Assembly (NCBI GenBank): GCA_039802605.1
Contig: JBDRWW010000005.1
Span: 32,001 to 96,000 of the forward strand
From: a candidate division WOR-3 bacterium
GTDB lineage: Bacteria > Hydrothermota > Hydrothermia > LBFQ01
Direction: 5' to 3'
Length of the DNA: 64,000 nucleotides
In this document: piece after piece, positions 51,189 through 61,555 of the stretch
How the letters are laid out: each line of letters begins with the position of its first letter
Position numbering within the stretch: position 1 is the first letter of the stretch
Program-made: the position numbers and the translations under genes
The notes under the pieces: generated by a model
Told to the model about the DNA's origin: nothing
Databases searched by the model: none
What the model saw: the letters and a program-made list of their open reading frames with translations, nothing else

Positions 51189-52517
51189 ATGGAACAGAAA
51201 CCTCAAAAACAGGCTCTACCCGATGTTAAAGAAGACCCATTTCCTTATGATTCTTGGATAATATACGGTTTGGCGGTTGTAGGCGCTTTCCTTTTGGGTT
51301 TGGCCATATACAAGGAGTTAAATCCGGAATACATAAAGTACCAGAGGGAGTTCAAGGCCCTGGTTGAAAAAAAGTTCGGAAAGGAGGCCGCCGCATCCAT
51401 AACATTTGGTGTAAAGCAGATATGGATACCAGCGTTGAACAAAACCGAAAGGTGTATAACCTGTCATATGGGTTATGAGTGGAAAGGGCTTGAAGGTGAA
51501 GATGTCCCAAAGGTTTTCAGGACACATCCGGACATAGAAGGCCTTATAGCAAAGCATCCATTTAATAAGTTCGGATGTACGACATGCCACGGGGGTCAGG
51601 GTTTTGCAACCAATGTAAGGGAGGCGCATGTTATAAATGAGGGTGGAAAGAAGGTTAGGTGGCTTGAACCACTCTTATCCTCCGAAAAAGCAAAGGAATA
51701 CGGGTTCAAAGACTGGCAAAAATCTCCACTGATTGAAATAAACTGTAATACTTGCCATAGGTTTGACGATAGCCTTCCCGGTACCCCTTATATAAACCTT
51801 GCGAAAAGGTTGGTTGAAGAAAAGGCTTGTAGAACCTGCCACATGATAAACGGAGAAGGGGGACAAATAGGACCGGATTTAACTTACGAGGGTTCAAAGA
51901 TGCCAGAAATGTTTGACATGAGGGGAACATATTATGAAATAAAGGATGGAAAACCCGTACCTTCCGGAAGAACTGTACAAGAGGAAATTGAGAGGAGGGG
52001 ATTACCATTAACCGTGTTCTCCTGGCACATATTACACTTTGAAGAACCGAGGTCTATAACCCCAACTTCAAAAATGCCAAACTTTGGATTTACGGATGAG
52101 GAAAAGTTGGCTTTGACCATGCTAGTAATGTCTTGGAAGAAGGTAAATCTCCCCGCGGAATACATACCGAGGCCGAAGAAGGGGGAGGTAATACCCCAAG
52201 CGGATACATCCAAGAAGGCCGAGGGAACCGTTTCGGCGGATTTGGTAAAGAGGGGTGAGGAGATATTCAAACAGAAGTGTACCGCTTGCCATCAGATTGA
52301 CAAAAAACTCGTAGGACCTGCCTTAAAGGGCTTGTTTGAAAGGAGAAAGGAAGAATGGGTTTTTGCTATGATTATGCATCCGGATTCAATGGTTAAGAAC
52401 GACCCAACGGCAAAGAAGCTGCTTGAGGAATATAAAGTTCCTATGGCAGTGCCCGGTGGTATAACGGAGGATGAGACAAAGGCCGTAATTGAATACTTAA
52501 AGCAGGCGACCAAGTGA
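51189..52517 (+). CDS. membrane-anchored pentaheme cytochrome c
   Basis: Five CxxCH motifs (CITCH, CTTCH, CNTCH, CRTCH, CTACH) and an N-terminal TM helix. Confidence 0.9.
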   Translation: MEQKPQKQALPDVKEDPFPYDSWIIYGLAVVGAFLLGLAIYKELNPEYIKYQREFKALVEKKFGKEAAASITFGVKQIWIPALNKTERCITCHMGYEWKGLEGEDVPKVFRTHPDIEGLIAKHPFNKFGCTTCHGGQGFATNVREAHVINEGGKKVRWLEPLLSSEKAKEYGFKDWQKSPLIEINCNTCHRFDDSLPGTPYINLAKRLVEEKACRTCHMINGEGGQIGPDLTYEGSKMPEMFDMRGTYYEIKDGKPVPSGRTVQEEIERRGLPLTVFSWHILHFEEPRSITPTSKMPNFGFTDEEKLALTMLVMSWKKVNLPAEYIPRPKKGEVIPQADTSKKAEGTVSADLVKRGEEIFKQKCTACHQIDKKLVGPALKGLFERRKEEWVFAMIMHPDSMVKNDPTAKKLLEEYKVPMAVPGGITEDETKAVIEYLKQATK

Positions 52518-53167
52518 AGGTTTCGTTTATAACGGGCGGAACATCCGGCATAGGCTTTGCTATAGCGGAGTTATTTGAGAAAAGGGGTTATAGGGTTTAT
52601 GTTTGCGGTAGGAGGGAAGGTTTTGAAAGGTTTAACTACCTTAGGGCGGATGTTAGTAAGTATGAAGAGGTTAGGAGGGCTGTTGAAGACATCGTAAGTA
52701 AGGAGGGGGGAATAAATGTTTTGGTTGTGAATGCGGGTATAGGTAGGGTTGGTTATGTGGAGGAATTTCCAATAGATGAATGGGAAGAGGTTATAAAAAT
52801 CAACCTGAACGGGGCTTTCTACACGGTTAAGGCCGCACTACCCCATATAAATAGGGGTGGAAATATAATTTTCATAGGTTCGGTGGCGTCAAAGGAGGCC
52901 TTTGCCGGGTGGTCCGCCTATTGCGCTTCAAAGTTTGGGCTTTTGGGGTTTGCCAAGAGTTTGGCGGATGAACTCAGGGGAAAAATAAAGGTTTCCTTTG
53001 TTATGCCCGGGGCGGTTGATACGGATATATGGAACTCCGTGGGATACAAACCCCCAAAAGAGGCAATGCTGAAACCCGAAGATGTCGCAAGGGTTGTTTT
53101 GGAAATAGTTGAAAATCCGGGTTGGATAAGGGAGATAGAAATATTACCAAAGGGTGGGATACTTTGA
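52514..53167 (+). CDS. short-chain dehydrogenase/reductase
   Basis: TGGTSGIG, VNAG, YCASK. Confidence 0.9.
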   Translation: MKVSFITGGTSGIGFAIAELFEKRGYRVYVCGRREGFERFNYLRADVSKYEEVRRAVEDIVSKEGGINVLVVNAGIGRVGYVEEFPIDEWEEVIKINLNGAFYTVKAALPHINRGGNIIFIGSVASKEAFAGWSAYCASKFGLLGFAKSLADELRGKIKVSFVMPGAVDTDIWNSVGYKPPKEAMLKPEDVARVVLEIVENPGWIREIEILPKGGIL

Positions 53168-53853
53168 GGGTTGTGGGAATACCCGCAAGGTATGGCTCAA
53201 CGAGGTTTCCTGGAAAACTTTTGGCGGAAATAAAGGGAAAACCCATAATAGTTTGGGTGGTTGAAAGGGTTTTAAAGGTAAAGAACGCAAGGGTTATAGT
53301 CGCCACGGACGACGATAGGATAAAGGAAGCCGTTAAGGGTTTGTGCGAAGTTGTATTAACACCTACGGATTTACCTTCCGGAACGGATAGGCTCGCGTAT
53401 GCTTTAAGGGATTTTGACGATAACGCAAAAATCGTAAATGTTCAGGGGGATGAACCCTTTATAAAACCCGAAGTGGTTGAATACTTGTTTAACATGATGG
53501 AAAACGAAGATGCGGATATTTACACCCTTGCAAAAAGGGATAAAATGGACGAAAACCCCAACAGGGTTAAAGTGGTTTTGGATTCAAGGGGTTATGCCCT
53601 TTACTTTTCAAGGAGTCCAATACCGTACGGTTCAAGGGAAGGACTGATACACATAGGCATATACGGATATACGAAAGGAAAACTTTTAGAGTTTTCAAAA
53701 CTTCCAAAACCGGGTATAGAAAAAACGGAAAAGTTGGAGCAGTTGAGGGCATTATATTACGGTTGGAGGGTTAAAGTTGGGATAGTGGAATACGGGGGAA
53801 TAAGCATAGATACTCCGGAAGATTTGGAAATCGCCCGTAAAATGTTGGAATGA
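53164..53853 (+). CDS. kdsB: 3-deoxy-manno-octulosonate cytidylyltransferase
   Basis: IPARYGSTRFPGK, SGTDR, NVQGDEP, YFSR..IP, EKLEQLRAL. TTG 53164 overlaps the SDR stop. Confidence 0.94.
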   Translation: MRVVGIPARYGSTRFPGKLLAEIKGKPIIVWVVERVLKVKNARVIVATDDDRIKEAVKGLCEVVLTPTDLPSGTDRLAYALRDFDDNAKIVNVQGDEPFIKPEVVEYLFNMMENEDADIYTLAKRDKMDENPNRVKVVLDSRGYALYFSRSPIPYGSREGLIHIGIYGYTKGKLLEFSKLPKPGIEKTEKLEQLRALYYGWRVKVGIVEYGGISIDTPEDLEIARKMLE

Positions 53854-54656
53854 ATTTAAGGGAGTTTGTATTAAGGGCAATAGAAGAGGATGCACCCTTT
53901 GGGGATATAACATCGGAGGTTTTCAAGGGGATAAAAATAAAGGCTGTTATACTAGCAAAGGGTGATGGGGTTTTTTGTGGGGATAGGGTTTTAAGGGAGT
54001 TTGAAAGGGTTTTTGACTTTTCGGTTAAAAGCGTTCCGGATGGTTTTGGTTTTAAATACGGGGATGTTTTGGCGGAAATAAAGGGGGATGCGTATGATAT
54101 ACTCCTGTGCGAGAGGACGGTTTTAAACATAATATCAAAACTTTCGGGAATAGCAACCCTAACGAAAAGGTTTGTTGATTTGGCCGGAGATGTTCCCATA
54201 TATGATACGAGGAAAACGACGCCTTTAATGAGATTTTTGGAAAAGTATGCGGTTAGGGTTGGGGGTGGGTATAACCATAGGCTAACCCTATCGGAAATAG
54301 CGATGGTTAAAGATAACCATAAGAGGATAGCGGGGGGGATAAAAAAGGCCATCGGGATGATAAGGGAAAGGTTTGGAAGGCATGTGTATATTGAGGTTGA
54401 GGTTGAAAACCTTGAAGAGTTAAAGGAGGCTTTGGAATGCGGTGTTGATTGGGTTTTGTTGGATAATATGGATATTGAAACATTGCGGGAGGCGATAAAT
54501 ATGGCTAAGGGAAAGGTTAAGGTTGAGGTTTCGGGAGGTGTTAGCCTTGAAAATGTTAAGGAAATAGCATCTTTAAAACCCGATAGGATTTCCGTAGGGG
54601 CAATTACAAAGGCTGCAAAACCAATTGACATTAGTTTAGAGGTTGTGGAATGGTAA
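53850..54656 (+). CDS. nadC: nicotinate-nucleotide pyrophosphorylase (quinolinate PRTase)
   Basis: ED...GDITS, DTRKTTP, NHRL.L, KDNH, EVEVE, LLDNM, SGG, ISVGA.T. Confidence 0.95.
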   Translation: MNLREFVLRAIEEDAPFGDITSEVFKGIKIKAVILAKGDGVFCGDRVLREFERVFDFSVKSVPDGFGFKYGDVLAEIKGDAYDILLCERTVLNIISKLSGIATLTKRFVDLAGDVPIYDTRKTTPLMRFLEKYAVRVGGGYNHRLTLSEIAMVKDNHKRIAGGIKKAIGMIRERFGRHVYIEVEVENLEELKEALECGVDWVLLDNMDIETLREAINMAKGKVKVEVSGGVSLENVKEIASLKPDRISVGAITKAAKPIDISLEVVEW

Positions 54657-54669
54657 ATGTGTAATGTTT

Positions 54670-54948
54670 ATTTAAAACCCTCCAAATCATCCGGGGAACT
54701 TATATTTCCCGTCTTCCTCAAAGCTATAAACCTAAATAGGGGATTTCCGAAACACAAGGGCCCTACATTAAATCCACCTTGGCGATTTCAACCATATTAC
54801 CGTAATTCCTTTAATGGGGAGTTTGTCAAAACATACCAAGTGGAATACAAAATCACCCTTTATAGCGTACTCATACCTTCCGCCACGAGGAGCGTCCAGT
54901 TTACGAAGTTAAGGAAAATGCCACCATAAGGGGGAACACCCTTTTCAT
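54670..54948 (-). pseudogene. degraded gene remnant
   Basis: TATAAT at 54960-54965 (minus) is 11 nt before ATG 54948, which reads MKRVFPLMVAFSLTS*. Protein-like fragments follow in shifting frames. Confidence 0.4.
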
Positions 54949-55019
54949 AACCGGCGTGGATTATAAGGCAAAACGGTTATCCGATGGGTTTTCAATGCAC
55001 CCTTATATTACATTCTCGT

Positions 55020-58000
55020 ATGGCGGATTTTGTCCATTTACATGTTCATAGCGAGTACAGTTTGCTTGATGGGGCTGCGAGGATTGATGATTTGATTAAA
55101 AAGGCTAAGGAATTGGGGTTTGAAGCATTGGCATTAACTGATCACGGTAATTTATTTGGAGCGATCGAATTCTATGTAAAGGCATTGGAGGAAGGTATTA
55201 AACCCATTCTCGGAATGGAGGCGTACATAGTTGATGACCTAAACGATAGGAGTAAAAGAGATTACAACCACTTAACCCTGCTCGCAATGGATGAGCGGGG
55301 TTGGAAAAATCTCATAAAGTTGTCATCCATAGGTTGGACAAAGGGGTTTTATTCAAAACCGAGAATTGATAAGAAATCCTTAGAGGAATATTCGGAGGGA
55401 ATAATAGTCCTTTCGGGTTGCCCAAAAGGGGAAATAGCCCAATACATTTTAAACGACAATTATAAAAAGGCCTATGAATTAATAGACTGGTTTAAGGAAG
55501 TTTTCAAGGATAGGTTTTTCCTTGAAGTTCAGGATGTTGGAATACCGGAAAACCAAAAGATAAACACATTCTTACTTGAAGCGTCAAAGAAAACGGGTTT
55601 GAAACTGGTTGCTACAAACGATGTGCATTACATAAACAGGGAGGACAGGCATTTACAGGATATTTTAATGTGTATAGCGCAAGGGACAAAATTGACGGAT
55701 GAAAAGAGGTTCAGACTATCCACAGAGGAAATTTATATGAGGACGGAAGAGGAGATGTTAAATCTATTCAAGGATATACCCGAAGCGGTAAAAAATACAA
55801 AACTCGTGGCTGAAATGATTGATTTAAAGATAGAAATTGACCCACAAAAGTTAAAACTCCCCCTACCCCCCAATGTTAAAGAGCCGTTTGAAGACTTAAA
55901 AGTAAAGGCTTATGAGGGTTTGAGGAGGAAGTTAAATGGTAATATCCCAAAGGAGTATGAGGAAAGGCTTGAATACGAGTTGGAGGTCATAAGGAACACG
56001 GGATTTGCCGGCTATTTCTTGATAATTGAGGATATAATAAACTATTGCAAAAACAACGGTATAATGGTGGGTATAGGGAGGGGATCGGCGGCGGGTTCTT
56101 TGGTCTTGTACGCCCTTGATATTACAGATGTGGATCCTATAAAGTACGGCTTGCTCTTTGAGAGGTTTTTAAACCCCGAAAGGGTTTCCCCTCCGGATGT
56201 TGATATAGACTTTGAGGATAGGAGAAGGGACGAAGTTATAGATTACATAAGGAAAACCTATGGTGAGAATTCAACCGCACAGATAATAACTTTTAGCAAG
56301 TTGAAGCCGAGGGCGGCTTTGAAGGATACCGCAAGAGTTTACGGTATTGAGTTTGATGAGGCAAACCGTATAACAAAACTCGTTCCAAACATACCCTCCG
56401 ATCCCATAACATTAAAGGAAGCGTATGAAACCGTAGAAGATTTTAAAAAGGCGGTTTCAAATGGAAAATGGAAGGAAATAGTTGAAAATGCGATTAAAAT
56501 AGAAAATTTTACAAGGGGCGTTAGCGTTCATGCCGCCGGCGTGGTAATTACACCGGGGGAAATAACGGATTATGTACCTTTGGCCGTTGTTAAGGATAGG
56601 GTTGTAACGCAGTTTGATAAGAACACCCTTGAACTTTTGGGCATTTTGAAGATTGATATTTTGGGTTTGAGGACATTAAGCGCCCTGAGTATGGCCGAAA
56701 AGATGATAAGGGAGATATACGACCCCAACTTCTCCTTAAAAGATATACCCCTTGATGACAAAAAGACATTTGAACTACTCCAACAAGGTAAAACCATGGG
56801 GGTATTTCAGCTTGAAAGCCCCGCAATGAGAAAACTTTTAATGAGGTTAAGACCAAACCACATAAACGACATTATAGCATTAAACGCCCTCTACAGACCA
56901 GGACCTATACAGAGCGGTATGGTTGATGAATATATTGAAAGAAAACACGGAAAACCCTATGATTACGAATTCGAAGGGTTAAAACCAATACTTGAAGAGA
57001 CTTACGGGCTTATAGTCTATCAGGAGCAGGTTATGAAGGCGGCACAAATCCTTGCGGGCTTCACACCAGGCGAAGCCGATACGCTGAGAAAAGCAATAGG
57101 AAAGAAAAAGAAGGATCTAATGGACGCCATGAGGGAGAAGTTTATAAACGGGGCGGTTGAAAGGGGATACCCGAAGGAAAAGATAGAGGAACTTTGGGAA
57201 AAGATTGAGAAGTTTGCCAGCTATTCCTTCAACAAATCCCATTCCGTTGCTTACGCGATAACATCCTTTTGGACGGCATACATAAAGGCGCATTACCCCT
57301 TGGTTTTCTACGCATCAACACTGTCATCTTTTAGAACATCGGGGCAACAGAAGTTTTTTGATAACGCACCCCTGTTTATATCCGAGATGAAGGAAAGCGG
57401 AATAAAAATAGAACCCCCGGATGTGAATAAGAGCGATGTGGAATTCATAATTGATAAGGAGCAGAACAAGATTATATGGGGGCTTGGGTTCATAAAGTCG
57501 GTTGGGGATAGCGCCGCGGAAACCATAGTAAACGAGAGGAGAACTAGGGGGCCTTATAAATCCCTTGAAGAGTTCTCGAAGAGGACGAAGTTAAATAAAA
57601 GGACACTTGAAGGGCTTGCAAAGGCTGGGGCGTTTAGAAGCATTACAAACCTTCCAAAAACAAAAATAATTGAGTATATAAACTTTGGGAAGAAGATCAC
57701 AAAGGGAACGTCCAAGGACATATTCGGCATAGGCAAAAAATTGGAAGGGGAAAGCGGAAAGGAAGACTTTAAAACGAATTTGATGATGGAAAGGGAATCC
57801 ATAGGCGTGTACATTTCAGAAAACCCGTTTGAAAGGTATATAAAACTCCGGAATTCCTTGGGACTACCAAAAATTTCCGATTTGGAAAACTATGAGGATA
57901 AAAGGGTTGGGATATTGGGTTCTTTAATGTACTTTTCAAAGAAGAAGTTTAAAAACGGGACAAGGTTTAGCCTTAGGTTGGAAGACGATACGGGGTATGT

Positions 58001-58499
58001 GGATGCAGTAATATTTATAAACGATGACCCCAACTCCTTTGAAAAGAAGCTCTCCGAAAACCTGGTATTATATGTTGAAGGTTTTGTTAGGACTTTGGAG
58101 GTTGAAGACGAAAACGGCGAGGAGGAGGTTAGCATAGAGATAAGGATAGATACCATAAACGATGTTAAAACCGTTGACGAAATGCTTACACAGTTTTTGG
58201 AAAAAATAGACTTAAACCGGGCTTGGAAGGGCTATGTTATGAACATGAACGGATACACGGATGAAATGGATATAAAGAGGGAGTTTGTAAGGTTTTGGAT
58301 AAAGGAAATTGCGGGCGAGGAGTTCTCCACATCAGAAATACCGTATATGGAGGGCTTAAGGGTTATAAAAACGTTGAAAACATACGGCTCTAAAATTCTT
58401 GAAAATTCGGAGAACGACCCGATAAAAATGGGTGCGAAGGCCTTATTGTTAAAGGATATAGGTTTATGGCAGGATTTCCTTAGGAGGGTTAAGGGATGA
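55020..58499 (+). CDS. dnaE: DNA polymerase III alpha subunit
   Basis: FVHLHVHSEYSLLDG PHP domain, GRGSAAGS, PDVDID, KIDILGL, FNKSH. Start ATG 55020. Confidence 0.97.
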   Translation: MADFVHLHVHSEYSLLDGAARIDDLIKKAKELGFEALALTDHGNLFGAIEFYVKALEEGIKPILGMEAYIVDDLNDRSKRDYNHLTLLAMDERGWKNLIKLSSIGWTKGFYSKPRIDKKSLEEYSEGIIVLSGCPKGEIAQYILNDNYKKAYELIDWFKEVFKDRFFLEVQDVGIPENQKINTFLLEASKKTGLKLVATNDVHYINREDRHLQDILMCIAQGTKLTDEKRFRLSTEEIYMRTEEEMLNLFKDIPEAVKNTKLVAEMIDLKIEIDPQKLKLPLPPNVKEPFEDLKVKAYEGLRRKLNGNIPKEYEERLEYELEVIRNTGFAGYFLIIEDIINYCKNNGIMVGIGRGSAAGSLVLYALDITDVDPIKYGLLFERFLNPERVSPPDVDIDFEDRRRDEVIDYIRKTYGENSTAQIITFSKLKPRAALKDTARVYGIEFDEANRITKLVPNIPSDPITLKEAYETVEDFKKAVSNGKWKEIVENAIKIENFTRGVSVHAAGVVITPGEITDYVPLAVVKDRVVTQFDKNTLELLGILKIDILGLRTLSALSMAEKMIREIYDPNFSLKDIPLDDKKTFELLQQGKTMGVFQLESPAMRKLLMRLRPNHINDIIALNALYRPGPIQSGMVDEYIERKHGKPYDYEFEGLKPILEETYGLIVYQEQVMKAAQILAGFTPGEADTLRKAIGKKKKDLMDAMREKFINGAVERGYPKEKIEELWEKIEKFASYSFNKSHSVAYAITSFWTAYIKAHYPLVFYASTLSSFRTSGQQKFFDNAPLFISEMKESGIKIEPPDVNKSDVEFIIDKEQNKIIWGLGFIKSVGDSAAETIVNERRTRGPYKSLEEFSKRTKLNKRTLEGLAKAGAFRSITNLPKTKIIEYINFGKKITKGTSKDIFGIGKKLEGESGKEDFKTNLMMERESIGVYISENPFERYIKLRNSLGLPKISDLENYEDKRVGILGSLMYFSKKKFKNGTRFSLRLEDDTGYVDAVIFINDDPNSFEKKLSENLVLYVEGFVRTLEVEDENGEEEVSIEIRIDTINDVKTVDEMLTQFLEKIDLNRAWKGYVMNMNGYTDEMDIKREFVRFWIKEIAGEEFSTSEIPYMEGLRVIKTLKTYGSKILENSENDPIKMGAKALLLKDIGLWQDFLRRVKG

Positions 58500-59512
58500 T
58501 ATTCCCCTTATGCTCGCCGTATCATCCGTTGTTCGGTTATCAAAACTGCGAAACATACTCCCTAACTTACTTTTACGATATACCGAGATTTACATACGAG
58601 AGGACGATAACATTTGAAAGCTTTTCAAGCTCAACGTTTACGGACATTTACACCTACAAAACCGTTTACGATACCTTTGATTATCAAACCGTGGGCTTTA
58701 AATTCCATTCCCCCAATGTCGTAGGTGGGGCTTACACGGAAAGGATAAACATAAAGGAAAACTATGCCTTCGGTTTTGTGGGGAGGTATAGGTGGTTTTC
58801 GGGTTTAATTTTGAAAGGGAAGAGAAACCCTTATGAGGAAAAGGCGTATTTTGTGAATTTTGATTACGGGAAGTTTTCCTTAGGCGGCGGGTGGGATAGG
58901 GGTTATAGTTTTGGGGGAAGTTTTGGGGATAAAATATTATTAAAGGGTTTGTATTATTCGTCTTATGATACCGTTTTTGGGGGAGGCTTGGGTTACAGGG
59001 GGGATAACTTTACGCTTTCGCTTTTGGGTGGCTACGGGTTTTTGACGGATTTCCTCTTATTCATCTCGGATTTTCAAGTATCGGGGGGATATAATCTAAC
59101 TAAAAGGTTAAAAAATGGGTTTATAACATTGAAGTACGGGGATTTTACGGGTCTATCGCTCGTTTACGGTAAAAGGCCTTGGGGTGAAAATGAGTATATT
59201 GATAATCCTGAGGTTCAGGGCTTTATAAGTTTTAAAAACCCTTGGTTTTCCACATATCTCAAAGGTGTGTATTTAACCCAAAGGCTTGTGTATAGGATTG
59301 CCGGGGGTATTCAACTGAACTTTTTAAAGTTAAAAGAAATAGCGGAATTAAAACCGGTATTGGATACATATTATGAGGATAACGGAAACCTTTGGGTTAA
59401 TGCGGGGGTAGAGGTGATATTTTACAAGGATTTGCGCATAGGAGCCTTTTACGATTATTGGAAAGGGGGGCAAACCATAGGGGTAAAAGTCCTTTGGAGG
59501 TTGTGGGATTGA
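58496..59512 (+). CDS. putative outer-membrane beta-barrel protein
   Basis: Gly/aromatic alternating strands, aromatic C-terminal strand; ATGA overlap with dnaE. Confidence 0.55.
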   Translation: MIFPLCSPYHPLFGYQNCETYSLTYFYDIPRFTYERTITFESFSSSTFTDIYTYKTVYDTFDYQTVGFKFHSPNVVGGAYTERINIKENYAFGFVGRYRWFSGLILKGKRNPYEEKAYFVNFDYGKFSLGGGWDRGYSFGGSFGDKILLKGLYYSSYDTVFGGGLGYRGDNFTLSLLGGYGFLTDFLLFISDFQVSGGYNLTKRLKNGFITLKYGDFTGLSLVYGKRPWGENEYIDNPEVQGFISFKNPWFSTYLKGVYLTQRLVYRIAGGIQLNFLKLKEIAELKPVLDTYYEDNGNLWVNAGVEVIFYKDLRIGAFYDYWKGGQTIGVKVLWRLWD

Positions 59513-59566
59513 ACAAGGCTTATTATACGACCACATAGTGAGACTGGGTTAGTTTTATAAAAACTC

Positions 59567-59591
59567 CACCCTTAGAATATCTACTATGATG
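59567..59591 (+). repeat. 25-bp direct repeat, copy 1 (CACCCTTAGAATATCTACTATGATG; includes -10 box and start codon)
   Basis: Identical to 61556-61580. Confidence 0.9.
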
Positions 59592-59705
59592 CACAGTTGG
59601 AATATGATGGGAAACGCCATGTGGATGGGTTGGGTAATATGGATACTGATAGTAATAATCCTCGTGTTACTCATCGCGCTTTTACTCAAATATCTGTTTA
59701 AATAA
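59586..59705 (+). CDS. 39-aa Met/Trp-rich single-pass membrane peptide
   Basis: Not in ORF track. MMHSWNMMGNAMWMGWVIWILIVIILVLLIALLLKYLFK*, 7 nt after TAGAAT and directly upstream of the Cu-ATPase. Confidence 0.75.
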   Translation: MMHSWNMMGNAMWMGWVIWILIVIILVLLIALLLKYLFK

Positions 59706-59716
59706 AGGGTAGAAAT

Positions 59717-61550
59717 ATGGAACACGCACACCACAAGCACCACGGGCACCATAAAAGCATGGAAAAGGATTTTAGGAATAGGTTTATAGTTTCGTTAATC
59801 CTAACCGTACCCATAATCCTTTTATCCGAAACCATACGGGGCTTCTTAGGGATAAACATCAAAATACCTTATGGTGATTTTGTTTCCACATTCATATCCA
59901 CCATTATATTCTTTTACGGCGGATATCCGTTTTTCAAAGGCTTTAAAGACGAGATGGTAAAACGATCACCGGGTATGATGACCCTCATCACCTTAGCAAT
60001 AACCGTGGCATATGTTTATAGTATTGCGGTGGTAATAGGATTTAAAGGTTCACCTTTTTTCTGGGAGCTCGCCACCCTTATAGATATTATGTTGTTGGGA
60101 CATTGGATAGAAATGAGGTCGGTAATGGGAGCCTCACGGGCTTTAGAAAAACTTAGCAAACTCCTACCGTCCCATGCCATATTGGTGGATGAGAACGGGG
60201 AAACCAGAAAGGTTCATATTCGGGATTTAAAGGTTGGGCATAGGGTTTTGGTTCAAAGCGGGGAAAGGATACCCTTAGACGGTATTGTTATAGACGGCAA
60301 GAGTTATGTGGATGAATCTATGCTTACGGGTGAGTCTAAGCCCGTGGAAAAGTCTAAGGGTTCAAATGTAATAGGTGGTTCGTTGGTTTTGGACGGTTAT
60401 CTCATAGTTGAAATAAAGAAAGTTGGGAAAGATACCTATATTCAACAGGTTATGGAAATCGTTAAAAGGGCACAGGAGAGTAGGTCAAAAACCCAAGATT
60501 TGGCGAACAGGTTTGCAAGATACCTAACCGTATTGGCCGTATTGGTAGGTGTTATTACCTTCACCGTTTGGATAGTATTGGGACAAGACTGGCAATACCC
60601 TTGGTCGTGGCGGTATCAACGGCAATAGGGGCAAGTAGGGGTTTGTTGGTAAGAAATAGGGAAGCCTTTGAGAGGGCGAGGAATATAAATGTTGTGGTTT
60701 TTGATAAAACCGGAACTTTAACCTATGGTAGGTTTGAGGTTTCGGAAATCGTTTCCTTGGGTGATAAGGATGAAAGGGATATTCTATCATTAGCCGCATC
60801 TCTGGAAATAAATTCCAGTCATCCAATAGCAAAGGCAATAGTGCCAAGAAAAACGGTGTAAAATTCCTAAAAGTTGAAGATTTTAAAACCCTACCGGGTA
60901 AAGGTGTTGAGGGAAAGATTAACGGAAAAGTATATAGACTGTTGAATCCCAAGTATGTGGAAGGGGTTAATGTACCTTCGGGCAAAACATCGGCTGTGGT
61001 GGTTGAGGATAACAAACCTCTGGGTATAGTAATATTATCCGATAAGGTCAGACCGGAATCCAAAGAAGCCATAAAAAAACTATCCGAAATGGGTATTAAA
61101 TGCGTTATGATAACCGGGGATAATGAGGCGGTGGCTTCGGCGGTTGCCGGGGAACTGAATATAACGGAATACTACGCGGGAGTTATGCCCCACGAAAAGG
61201 CTGAAAAGATTAAAGAGATCAAGGGAAGGGGGTTTAAGGTCGCTATGGTGGGAGATGGTATAAACGACGCCCCCGCACTCGTAGAGGCAGATGTAGGAAT
61301 AGCAATAGGAACCGGAACGGACATAGCAATTGAATCCGCGGATATAATTCTGGTTAAGGATAACCCTTTGGATGTCGTGTTTTTATTTAAACTCTCCAAG
61401 GCAACATATAGAAAAAATGTATTCGCCATACCGTTAGCAGCAGGAGTCTTATACCCCTTAGGTATAACCCTTACACCCGCCACAGGGGCATTGCTTATGT
61501 CTTTAAGTACCGTAATAGTAGCCATAAACTCCCGTTTCCTACGCGTTTAA
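59717..61550 (+). pseudogene. copB: CopB-type P1B copper ATPase split in three frames, with internal deletions
   Basis: His-rich N-terminus, PGMMTL, LLGHWIEM, TGES, DKTGT, SHPIA, GDGINDAP, MSLST. Frame breaks at ~60588 and ~60843; CPH helix missing. Confidence 0.85.
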
Positions 61551-61555
61551 ATTTT

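Noticed and set aside
53771..54631. Long antisense ORFs (also 12612-13106, 37827-38306, 39292-39846, 60524-61072)
   Set aside because: Ser/Phe/Ile/Pro-rich shadows of well-supported genes on the opposite strand.
54657..54929. 90-aa plus-strand ORF after nadC
   Set aside because: No recognisable motif and atypical composition; better explained as the antisense of a decayed minus-strand gene.
54984..58499. Intein in DnaE
   Set aside because: Length is normal, and no C/S...HN-C/S/T splice junctions or LAGLIDADG blocks were seen.
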